A stretch of DNA of 64,000 bases. It comes from Eledone cirrhosa. Lineage: Eukaryota. Each line of letters begins with the position of its first letter. Position 1 is the first letter of the stretch. The notes below the pieces were generated by a model. The model was not told the origin of the DNA. It saw only the letters and a list, made by a program, of their open reading frames with translations, and did no database searches. Of this stretch, positions 52,233-64,000 are shown one piece after another. A program made the position numbers and the translations under genes. The stretch spans positions 99,944,001 through 100,008,000 of the forward strand of contig OZ024745.1 of NCBI GenBank assembly GCA_964016885.1. Reading direction: 5' to 3'.

Positions 52233-52502
52233 CGTGTTTCTCTCTCTCTCTCTCTCTATTTATATATATAGTTAGGAAAAAGTAAATATCCTTTCTACCA
52301 AGTTCATATTATATTGAAGTATTCCCTCTTCTAAACAGGAAACCGGATAAATTCAGAAATAAGCATAAGGAATGGAAATTTAAATTTATATTGTGAGAGT
52401 TTTTGTTATGATCTGTATGTTAACTCTTTGAACATGAGCGACTAAGTTATTGTGTATGACATTGTAATTCACATAGTATGACCAGACTACCAGTCATCAA
52501 GC

Positions 52503-52840
52503 GTCATCATCATTTTATGTCCGCTTTTCCTTGTTTGCAAGGATGGGACGAGTCCTTTTCAGCACAGCATCTCTCCATTCATCATGGTCCTTCATCATCT
52601 TCTCTGTGACCTTCAGCGATCTGAGGTCAGCTCTCACCACCTCCTCCCATGTTTTTCGTGATCTTCCTTCCACCAGGATTTTTTGGCACTTCTTCACCCA
52701 GCAGTCATCTTCCATGCGCATCACATGGCCACACCAACACAGTCTTCTCTCCCATACACTACAGTTTATCCCTTAACTCATCTATGCTTGGTCGTTAATG
52801 CACATTGACATTGCACATCAATCGGAACATGCTTGCCTTA
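52503..52840 (-). mobile_element. 3' fragment of family A-like RTE
   Basis: WVKKCQ...KTWEEVVRADLRSLK...EWRDAVLKRTRP, homologous to 26345-26674; same tail. Confidence 0.85.
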
Positions 52841-54549
52841 TAAAAAATCATTTAGCAACTTCCTGGCCAATCAGATGCCTCATTTTACATGACATGCTAC
52901 TTGTATATTCATGAGAAATATGTCTGTTTGTTTGCAGGAATTTTTCTAATGTTCTACAGATTTAAATCATCAAAAATGTCCCAGAGAAAGCTATCAATTG
53001 ATCGGAAAATAGCCCAAATGTAAGATTAATGAGGAAAGTGAACAGAAATGATAGGGATTTTGAAAAGAAAAATGATTGCGAACTGAGTGAAGATGAGAAT
53101 GTTCATAGCGATGTAGTCAGTGGTGAGAATGTCCATAAGAGTGTAGTTAGTGGTGAAGATAAGTGTCCGTAGCAGTGTAGTTTACTTTTGAGTCAAATGA
53201 TGATGTAAAGGGATGTATCACTAAATGCACTAGAAATTTTGTGTAGATGTTATAAAATGTTAAACAGCTCAGTTTTTCCATAATATTGGAGCTTTTTTTT
53301 TTTTTTTTTGTATTTCCTTGTGATATAAAGTCAATATAGTTTTCTAATTTGACATGCATTGATAAATATCCAGAGTTTGGGAAAGAGATAGCTTGTGCAA
53401 GCTTTAACAAAATCCCATAAGCCATGTATTAAGAGCATAAATACTGATAGATAGAAATAGAGGCTCTTTATTTAGATTTCTTACTGGAATAAAAGTATAA
53501 GAAACTAAAATAAAAAGGTAATGAAAAAAGTAATAGAATTTACTAGCATTGATTTCCCATCCTTGAAAAATCCTTTACATAGAAAACACTTAATACTCCG
53601 ATTAGTATCAGTTGTAAAACAGATCTGTTATTGCCATACCTCTTTAGATAATCTACATTTGCTTAGGCAAAGCTTCTGCACAAAGCTATTTCAACATGAA
53701 AATCTGTGAATATTGTCTATTTCAATAGTAGTTTTAAAGGTGGTCATTTTTTGATGTTTCCACTGCTGTTACTGTATGAAAAGATCATTTTCAGTATGTT
53801 GTATTCTCATTTTATCATGATTTGTTTTTCAAAATAATTGACATGACTTTCAGTTATATCAAATATTTTGGCAGCCTTGACCTTAAGATCTTAGGTCACA
53901 ACTTTCTTGATTTCTTCATTAAATGAAGAATTTATTTGTTGTGGAATTTAAAAGGACAAACTTGCTATGGCTTTTAAAAAATACTTGGAGTAGAAGGGTG
54001 ATGTTAATGTCTTATTTGAATAACAGTATGTCAATGTCTAGTGACATCGACATACTTAATTAATGAAGAATGATGCTGGGTGTATTTTTTAAGAAATTAA
54101 TCTTAATAAAGAAGAAAGCTGGGTGAATTATTAAGAAATTAATCTAGCAAGAGTTCAATGGTTAAAATTACTGTGTAAGGTTATTCAGTGTTTGACTATT
54201 CAAAACAAAATTTTCAAAATCTGCCACATATTCTGTCAAAATTCTTTTTTTTTTTAATTTATTTATTATTATCTTTTATAATTATATTTTTGTAATAAAT
54301 AGACATATTAAATTACCTTAATTTTGAATATTTGAATTTTTTAATGTTGACAGCATGACTATTTCGTTGTTGATACATATATTTTCACAGCAAACACTTG
54401 AGTTTTGAATAATTTTTGAAAGAATTGATCCAAATTTTTAGTTCTCATTGTTTATCACTATTTTTTACAGTAACATATTTAACAACTATCTTCGATTCTT
54501 AATGTTAATTGATTGGTAGTAGTAGTAATTTCACTTAATTACAGTTTTG

Positions 54550-54563
54550 AAAAGATACACTAC

Positions 54564-54611
<48 letters not shown>

Positions 54612-54949
54612 CATCATCATCATGATATATATAAATATAAGAGAGTGTTGAAGCTTGCTTGAAGCATTGTGGAATAATAAAAAAAATTGGTTATATATAT
54701 ACAGAATCAGACATATAGTGTGTAGAGGAACGTAGGAAAGAGTGTAAAAATAATAACACGAGATAGAGTTACCTTGGAAGTGATTTAATTGTCCCTATAT
54801 TTCAGATTTCGCATCCATCAACTGGGGTTTTTTTCCGAAAAAACCCCAGTTGATGGATGCAAAATCCGAAATATAGGGACACACTATACGTCTGATTCTG
54901 TTACCTGGAGATTTACCCATCTGCATTGTTGAGGCTTCCAAAACGACCA

Positions 54950-54985
<36 letters not shown>

Positions 54986-55000
54986 GTAGCGTATCTTTTT
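54550..55000. repeat. Nested inverted repeats with a central ~44-bp-arm hairpin
   Basis: Hairpin 54790-54881; outer pairs 54701-54723/54879-54901 and 54550-54575/54977-55000. Confidence 0.88.
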
Positions 55001-56791
55001 AACACATCTTCCATGCTAGCATGGAAGATGGATGTTAAATGATATCATCAGATGATATATATATATACACACACAATATATATATATTTATATATATATG
55101 TGTGTATATATTGTGTGTGTGTATTTATATAGAATAGGTGTTAGTATTAATCTTTAAATAGCTGCCAACATTTGTGAATTTCCTTTGTTAATCAAACTTC
55201 TCCTCATTCTACATTATTTCATTATAATAATAATAAAGTTTATATTTTAGTAATTTATATTTAGTCATTCATATAACTTACACAACCTCTCATTGTATAA
55301 GTATGTGTATATGTGTATATATCTGATCTCAATACAAGTCCCAGGAGCTCTTGAGGCAAGTGTATAGCTATGAATTCCATAAGACTTCACTTAATAGGAT
55401 TTCAGTATATCAAAGAATTAACTAGTCACAAAAGTTTGAAATTATTTACCCTGAGACATGATAATCTGATAATTACTCTGTGTGTATGTGTGTTGTTTAT
55501 ATAAATTTATCATATTGAAATAGTAAACAATAATTGACTTATAAAAAAATATGCATAATTAGAAACACATGACACCTGAAGCAAGGAAATGCCAAGCATC
55601 AGGTGACCAATGTATGAAAAATGCTAAAGCACAGAATGATAAATTGACAAAGAAGGGACATATTAGAGATTCCTGCAACTCGCTAGATATAACAACTAAA
55701 TCTCCCTGAAATCACACTCAATAATCTTTAAAAGAAAGGAAGAACTTATTTAACCTTTTAGCATTTAAACCGGCCAAAATTCTCTCACTTCTTTCTGTTC
55801 AAACTGGCCACTCATACTGATGTTAAGGTATTGTCCTCAAAATAAATAATACCAAATCTCGATATTATGTGAGATAAAGCCTTTACCATGAAAATACAAT
55901 AGTATATATAGAGTAATGTAAATGCTAAAGGGTTAATGCAGTACGTCTGAGAAATATATGGACTGGACAATTACAACAGCCACAGACTGACTGTCCTGCT
56001 AATGTAGCTAACATTTCAGAGATCAGGACTGTGCAGAGCTGTATGATTTTGACATGTTAATAATAGATGTGTTGTAATAACAGTTGGCAGCAGAGGCAGC
56101 AGCAACTGATTGTGGTGCATATTTAAGAATGTGTGTTTGTCTATGTCCAAGTAGAGTACATACTTAAGAATGTATGTTTGTCTATGTCCAAGTAGATTTT
56201 GACATGTCTTACGCCTTCTGTCATTGTTTCCTTCTAACTACATGCTGACATCTTTTAAGAAGGAAAAAAAAAGCAGGAAAAACAATTATTATATATGAAC
56301 AAATTGTTAACAGCATTTAACTCTTTCGTTACTGTATTTCTAATGAAAGATACTGCCTATGTTTTTCAAATATATTTGAAAATAATCAAGAATGTGGAGG
56401 GATTTGGTAATATAACTAATTTTCCCATTTAAAGTTGGTGTTTGGAACATTAACTTACGAAGGTTCTTACATAAAACTATGATGGAAGATTTTTAGATAA
56501 ATATAAACATTTTAAAATAGTTTTATATCAAATAACCTGAGGTGGTTTTAGACAGTTTAGTATCAAATGGAAATGAATATTATGTAATGCAGTATCAATG
56601 ATCTGGTCATAATGGGTAAATCAGCAAATATTTTTTATTCAATTAACAATTATAATAAAAAGAAACAAGTCAGTAAATAGATCATATTTTAAATATTTAA
56701 AAAATACTCTAAGCAACTATTTAGTACACTGACATATCATTCCCTACCTCCCATCTTATATGTATTAGTCCTTTATATTATATCTCTATAA

Positions 56792-56869
56792 AAACCCGAA
56801 AGGCTCTATAGACAACTTTGCTATTATATCTCTATAATAGCAAAGTTGTCTATAGTGCCTTTCGGGTTT
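56792..56869. repeat. 37-bp-arm hairpin with 4-nt loop
   Basis: AAACCCGAAAGGCTCTATAGACAACTTTGCTATTATA-tctc-reverse complement, 1 mismatch. Confidence 0.93.
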
Positions 56870-58192
56870 AGTTCTCTTCTGTTATGTGCAAATTAACATT
56901 GCACATCAAATAATTCAATTTAAATGTTCATGTAATGCATCCTTATAATTCACTTATTATACATGCCTGAGATAGTTTGCCTTATATATGGTGCAGACAC
57001 ACTTTGTTGCCAACAAAAGTAGCAATGTTTGTCTTCTCAGTTTAACCTTAAGTAATATGCTGCCAATATGTCACGTAGGAGCTACTTCCATTGAGTTATC
57101 TGTATAGTTCATTGACTTCAAAGAATGTTTCCAATCATAGCTACTCTAGTTCATTTGGCATCTTTTTAATGCATTGACATTCTGCATTAACTACTGAGTT
57201 GTTGCAAAGTCTCTTTTTATGAAATTATCAAAGCTAATTTAATGTGTGAAAGTGTCAAAGTTCTATAATTCTTTGACTGAAGTTCATGTCCAATGAATGA
57301 AATTCAGATCATGTGCGCAGGTGTTGACAATTAGTGCAAGAATGACAATAAAAATCATTAAAAGACTGACATTCACCAAACTGCTGTTGCAGAATTTGTT
57401 AATGAACTTACAACAAAAGTTTCAAATGTGATGGGGGTTCATTTGAGTTAAAAGTTTTAGATTAACAGCCACATAAGTCCAGAGGCAACAGGTAACAAAT
57501 CTTGCAGAAGAGAGTAGCTATGTATTCAGTACACTGTATTTATTGCACATCGTGTATACACAAAAAGTATGGTAATGGGTCTCTAAAGGACTGACATTAA
57601 AGCTCCCTGTGAGTAGATAGTTATATAAGTTGCCAGCATTTGAAGGCTTTCATGAATTGGTAGAAATAAAAATTTATTGGATGGAGCTAATATTGGAATA
57701 GTGATAAGAAGTAGAGAAATATAAGTTTTGAGAATTACTACTTATTTCAAACAAGTCTCCTTTCTTCATAAAATGGTGAACTATTTAAGATGTGTGTAAG
57801 AATGTTTTGCTGTTTGGCAAATCTACAATGACAGGAGAAGATGGATCTGAAGAAATGTTAATAAGTGTTAACTTATAATTCATATTTAACACTGTGAAAT
57901 GAGTTGAGAAAGCATAGACATATGCAGAGGAGGAGAGGTGACTAAAAGCTATATTGTCAGATTGAAAAATTTAACATTGATGATTGTAAGAACAATTTTG
58001 TTATAATTTTATATGTGAATATAAAATGTTTTTGTATTCTATCATTTTCTTGGCTGGTTATATAGAGTACATCTATATCTATTAGTGTCACAATGGTGGC
58101 AGCTATTCTCTCTTACAAATTTCATTTTGATGGTTGACTTCCATGATTTTTTTCTGGGTGCTGGTCTTTTAAAGTGATGTTGTGTCTTTCAG

Positions 58193-58339
58193 CAACATCA
58201 TCTTCACCTCCTCCTTTTCCTCTTCCTCCTCCACTTCCTTCTCCAACTGCGTGTCCTGTGGTTGCCTTGACTACAACTACAAAGAGCATCCTACAGCCGA
58301 TCTCCAGTGTTACTGAGATCATCAGAATGCCAGCTATCG
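58193..58339 (+). CDS. RPRD2: Candidate Pro/Ser/Thr-rich exon of the RPRD2-like gene
   Basis: tctttcag|CA...; (A)TSSSPPPFPLPPPLPSPTACPVVALTTTTKSILQPISSVTEIIRMPAI; donor G|gtaggt; 147 nt, phase 1-1 as required; fits the low-complexity C-terminal region of RPRD2. Confidence 0.6.
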
Positions 58340-61300
58340 GTAGGTCAAACTTAAATTTGACTACTGCTATCTCTCCTTTTTTTTCCATATATATAATTGC
58401 ACACACATTTTAAAATATTTTCCTTAAATTGCTGTTCTTTTAAATATATCCAGCATATCTCTTTCCCTTTGTTTCCCTACATCTTATATATATGCTTTTT
58501 ATTGCATGAAATAGTAGCTTCTTTTACAGCATTCCCTCCTAACACCTATGAATCAAAATAATATAGGAGAATTAAAAAAATATATGCTGCCATATTACAT
58601 AGCGCTGTTCTCTTTCTCTCACTATCTCTCTCTCTTATTTTCCTTCTCCCATTAACACTATCTCATTGATGATTTTTTTTTTTTTTTTTTGCTCCAGCTT
58701 GTTAACCACGTGGGGAAATTTGTAATATAAACCCTTTTCATTGCCATATTTCTGATGAAAGACACTACCTCTGATTTTTAATTAATTTTGAAAATTATCA
58801 AGAATTTAGAGGGATTTAGTAAAATAACTTTCCATTATTATACTGTGGATTGGCAGTATTTGTAGAGGGTAGAACGCCATGCTTTGCAGCAAAGAGTTAC
58901 GGTCCTTTATGGTCTGAGTTCAAATCCCGCTGAGGTTAACTTTGCCTTTCATCCTTACAGGGTCGATAAAATAAACTACCAGTAATGTACTGGGTAATTG
59001 CTGGCCTTGTGCCAAAAGTAGAAATAATTATTATACTGGTGTTTGGAATATAACTTAAATGTTTTTACATAAAATTATGATGGAAGGGTTTTAGATAAAT
59101 ATTAAAGCTTTAAACTAAACAGCCTATCATAGAACACAGTTTCAGATGGGTTGATATCAAAAGGGATAAGATGTTTTAAATTTGTGCCAGTTACCCTCTG
59201 GTGTGAACATGCTGTTAAACTATGTCACTTTGATAACACTCCAGATCTCAAAGCAATTGCCTACATCTATATTTATTTATATTCACTGTTTTTACTAATA
59301 AACTAGCTATCACTCTTGCATAGATAGTGTTTTTGTCTGATTGCATGGTTTCTTGCTAAATAAAATAAAACTACATTTAATATATTCTGCTTGTCTCTTC
59401 ATATTGGTATTGTTATCTGCTTGTCTCTATGTATTATTATTATTCAAGACTTTTACAATACTTAGTGTTGTATGTGTGTCGAAATTCACATCAGTGAATA
59501 TTTTGACCCTAGATTTCTAAATCTCAGACAATTTCTATAATGTATTTCTAGGTTTGTTTCTTGCTGTTATTGGAACTAAAATATTTTAGAAGGTTGCAAA
59601 GTAAACTGGTGACAGTGTTTGTGATAATGATGAAGGATCTAAAATCAAGTCTATTTGGATTTTTCTATAAGGATCAGTATTTGGATGACAGATTTTTTGA
59701 CAAGAATAATCTGTTTTTTTAGAACAACCCCACCCCCCACCCCCCAAAATGATGCTTTTTTTAAATAGAGCTCGTTGAATGCAATTGAAAATTCTTTATT
59801 TTCTATTTTACTACATGACATTTGAACTTAACAATTATTTTCTCAATTTGCTAACTTTATATTCACCCGTTATCTACCACTATAAACATCTAATTTCACA
59901 TCTAATTTTCCAATGTTGCTATAAACTGGTTTGGAGCTCTGTCACCCAATTATAATAAAGTTTGGGGTGGAGGTATTCAGGTTTTGTTTGTATATGTTGT
60001 TAAGCTTCAGGTCAGCTCTGGTTGAGCAGACTTATGAAAATAAGCATTCTAGTTATACCCATCAACCTTTTTTGGGGGGGGGGGGGGTTATTTGGGGTGA
60101 TGGGGGCAATGTATATTTAATAAGATAGTAATGTCTAATGGAAACGGGTATGGATGAGTGGTTGATAAGTTCTCTTTTCAATCATAAAGTCCTGAGTTCG
60201 ATCCAACTGTGACATCTTAGGTAAGTGTCTTTTCAATAACCTTGGTTTGACCTAAGCCTTGTGAGAGGAATTGGCTGGACAAATTCGATTGTACCTGTAA
60301 CTAACAAGTTAATTCACCAGCTGGTCTATCTGTTGGCTGAACAACTGAATGCACATCATTAAAATTGATGTGGGGATCCATCAATGTGTGATTTAAGGGA
60401 AATTTTACTGTTCTTCCTGTTAGCTTGAGTGACCACATAGAAGTTTCCCCATTGGCTCATGTATATACTTGTTAATATTGCTGGCTACAGGTATTTTAAA
60501 GTGATTGCTTTTAGCATCTACATTCATGCTATCTTCACTTTTGAGAAAATCAGTAAGTTAATCAACATGGAAAAGGAGTGGAGAGAGAACTAGAACTAAT
60601 ACTGAAGCATTTAATCTGATGCTCTCACTCAATTCATCATCTTATTAATAAAAACAGTTAGAGGTCTTCACAATGCATGAATATTACTAGGCGTTTTGAT
60701 AAAATGGGAGGAAATTTAAATAGAGAGTATTAACCCTTTAGCATTTATATTACTCTATATTTACTATTGTATTTTCACAGTAAAGGCTTTATCTTACATA
60801 ATTATCTCACATAATATCGAATCTCCGCGATTTTGATGTCATATATTTTGAGAACAATACCTTAATGTCGGTATGAGTGGCTAGTTACAGCCGGTTTGAA
60901 CAGAAAGATGTGAGTGAATTCTAGCCAAATATTGCCAGTTTAAATGCTAAAGGGTTAACAAAGAATATGAAACAGTTATGTTGGTTTGAAAACTGTTGAT
61001 ATGAATGGTTCTAAATTAAAAAAATTAATGGAAATATCAGTGTCTGGGTTATCTCATTGATTCATCATAATTTTTTCTGTCTGTTTTAAGTCAAGTACTG
61101 ATCTTCACATGTTCTAGCATTGTCAAATACAAAGCAAGGAAACATTGACAACCAAGCACATGCACATATTCACCCAGCCCTACAATATCTTTTGTATCCC
61201 TAGTTTCTATATAATGCCTTACCATTCTTCCTTTTGCCCCTTGTTTCTCTTCTTTTTTTTCTTTTTACTTCTTTCTCCATTTTATTCTCTATCCTTTTCT

Positions 61301-62244
61301 TGCTGGTGAAATGTCTAAAACATTAATAATACTTATTTATTTCCTTTTTCATTTAGCATTAAACCAATAGCATTCATCATACTGTTCTTTATGTTTGTTT
61401 TTACTTTTGTTGACTTGCACTGTATAAAATGTAACTTGACCTGACCCAATCCTCTACTAGCACTCCTTAGTAGTTATCCTCATCTTTACTGTGCACTCCT
61501 ACACCATCCATCTGTCACAATCACTCCTTAGTAGCTATTCTCACCATCCCTGTATACCCCGACCCCATTCATGCCACCACCTCCACTATCACACCATAGC
61601 TATTCTCACCATCACCTAACCCACTCCCTCCAAAGTCCTGACACACCAGTCATAACCCTTAATAGTTGCTATCATCACAGCACCCTCCACCTACATTATC
61701 AGTAGTTCCTCCTATTCATCTCTACCAAATCCTTCCACTCTTCTCATACACTCAAGACATCACACTTATTGTCCTTCACTCACTTCCCTGCCCTACAAGG
61801 TAGAAAGGGATCTACAGTTGAGTTAATGACCTATAACCTCCCTAGTACTGTTCATGGTGGTGGGGGCATGAAAAATGCACCCAGTACACCCTGTAAGATT
61901 GCTGGCAATAGGAAGGGCATTCTACTGTAGAAACCATACCTAAAAAGGGTTGCGAAAACTCCTTAGTTATGTCAATGACACAACAACCTCTTAATTGGTG
62001 ATCTCCATGATAAATGTACCCAGTACACATTGTAAAGTGGTTGGTGATAAGAAGAGCAACCAGCTGTAGAAAGCTTGCCAAACAAAGGGTTGGGAGGACT
62101 CTTCAGTTGTGGTCAAAGACATGACAACCTCCTTAGTGTTGGTGCCATGATAAAATACACTTTGTAGAGCACAGAGGCATATTGATTCTATCTGTGAAGA
62201 CCCACCCAACCCAAGGGAAGATTGACATTAAGTATTGAGGACTA

Positions 62245-62290
<46 letters not shown>

Positions 62291-62294
<4 letters not shown>

Positions 62295-62675
62295 GCGAAG
62301 CAAAGTTAGTTATCGTTAGAAGAAATAACTCGGATAACTGGTTTACTTTTGATATAAAATTTACTCCACTTCAGTCAAAAAGAACAACAAATAAGTTACC
62401 ACGAGTCGCGAAGGTTGACGATGTTATTTTGTTGTTGATATGAAAACAGCGAGTGACCAGACAATGTTTGTTGGTGGTTGTAGTCCGTGGTAGTAGTTCT
62501 CATGGTGATTGAACCTCCTCTCTCTTGGTACCGGCTATTTATATTGCCAGCTTCCTCTGTCCCCAGCCTTGAGAGATCGCCCACTCATCAACTTGTTTAC
62601 GCCAAAAGGGTGGTGACCTAGAATTTGACCTTTAGGTGTCACCCAGGGTTCGAGGTATGGACAGATTTCACTACA
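62291..62675 (-). mobile_element. Solo LTR in a (TA)n tract
   Basis: TG...CA termini with imperfect terminal inverted repeat (TGTAGTGAA vs TGAAGCGAA); internal TATAAATA on the minus strand; flanked by tata; CpGs retained. Confidence 0.7.
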
Positions 62676-64000
62676 TATATACCATCATCATCAACATTTA
62701 ACGTCTACTTATCCACACTTAGATGGGGTAGACAGGCCATCCAGATTTGAGGCAAGTCTGGCCATTTGACTGTGCCATACCTTGCTCAAACGGAACTGTA
62801 TTTTAGTTGGGTTTTTTACAGCTGGGTACCCTTTCTAACACCAATAAAGTATAGAAAACCAAGATGAAGAAATTTAAGACATTATTTTCCTTTCAAACAG
62901 TTACCTTCAGTCCAAATCCATAATAGAAAAGACTTGCTCAGACCCTGGAACCAACTGACAGCTATGTTTTCACCTTAAATAAGAAATATTTATAAAAGTG
63001 ATTTCTTCATATGTTTCTTCTGCATGAACCCCTTCTACAAACCATTGCTAAAATTTCTCCATCCAACTAGATATGATAATGTTACTTAATTTGCAATGAA
63101 TTTCAAGTAATATATATTCAATACTGATGCATATGAGATGAATTGAGTTTTCTAAACCTTTATATTATTCTAAGTATTTGTTAGAATAACAATATAAGGT
63201 TATCCATAATGAATTCGTATAATGATTGTTATATTCATTTAGTTTAACCCTTTAGCATTTACATTATTCTACATTTACTTTTGTATTTTCATGGTAAACA
63301 TTTTATTTTGTATAATTATCTCTCATAATATCGAATCTATGAGATTTTGATATTATTTATTTTGAAAACAATACCTTAACATAAGTATGAGCAGCTGGTT
63401 ATGGCCGGTTGAAACAGAAAGATGTGAGAGAATTCTGGCTGGATATGGTTGGTTTAAATGTTAAAAGGTTAACCTTTCACAACCATATTTCAAATGAGAA
63501 ACACTGTCTGTGTAAGATTTTCAAATAATTTAGAAAATACAGGATTTGAATGGATTTAGTAATATAACTAATTTTCTCATTAAGACAGTACAACTTACCA
63601 AAGGTTCTCGCATTAAATTATGGTGAATGCTTTTCAGATAGATTTAATCACTTTAAAACAAAATGTTTCATATCACCGACCCAGATTATAATTAAAATTT
63701 ATCAAAATATGAATTTTGCTTGGTGGCCTTTCAATAAAATGCCAGTTTATTTTTATTTATTTTTTAAACTTTTGACCATTTTGAGAATAATCAAGAATTT
63801 AGAGAGATTTAGTAATATAATGAACTTTCTCATTATTAAGTTTTAGTGTTCAGAATATAATAACAGCGCTTACATAAATATTTTAGGTAAATTAAAAACA
63901 TCTTTATATCATAGAACTTGGGCCAGTTTCATGTGACTTCATATCAAAGGAATTCAAGTAGTATTGCAAATACCCACTTAATCATTATCATCATTTTACA

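Noticed and set aside
52975-53290. Possible exon or piggyBac-like acidic N-terminal remnant
   Set aside because: Stops interrupt the frames and there is no diagnostic motif; cannot be supported
56121-56195. 34-bp direct duplication
   Set aside because: Ordinary local slippage with no further structure
57100-57720. Possible ancient transposase remnant
   Set aside because: Coding-like composition but no recognisable motif; needs a translated search

Overview
AT-rich, repeat-dense eukaryotic (metazoan) genomic DNA. The SINE, RTE and MITE landscape resembles a coleoid cephalopod, probably an octopus; this is inference. The window lies inside one large + strand gene, an RPRD2-like CTD-interacting-domain/CREPT protein. 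I reconstructed six phase-compatible GT-AG exons (4275-4375, 5727-5909, 12345-12394, 14215-14341, 20901-21076, 28071-28302), a candidate 18-nt microexon (29656-29673) and a candidate Pro/Thr-rich exon (58193-58339). Neither the start nor the stop codon is in the window. The introns hold at least four RTE-clade LINE families (two with a PHD-like C4HC3 finger after the RT core), RTE-tailed SINE-like derivatives, tRNA-SINEs (including a 4-unit tandem array), a decayed mariner, non-autonomous Helitrons, a solo LTR, and piggyBac-type, hAT and pogo-type MITEs. There is also a 36-bp minisatellite with higher-order structure, a 550-bp polypyrimidine tract, and several inverted duplications, most next to (TA)n tracts. 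Most ORFs in the supplied track are spurious. No prokaryotic-type system (CRISPR etc.) is present.
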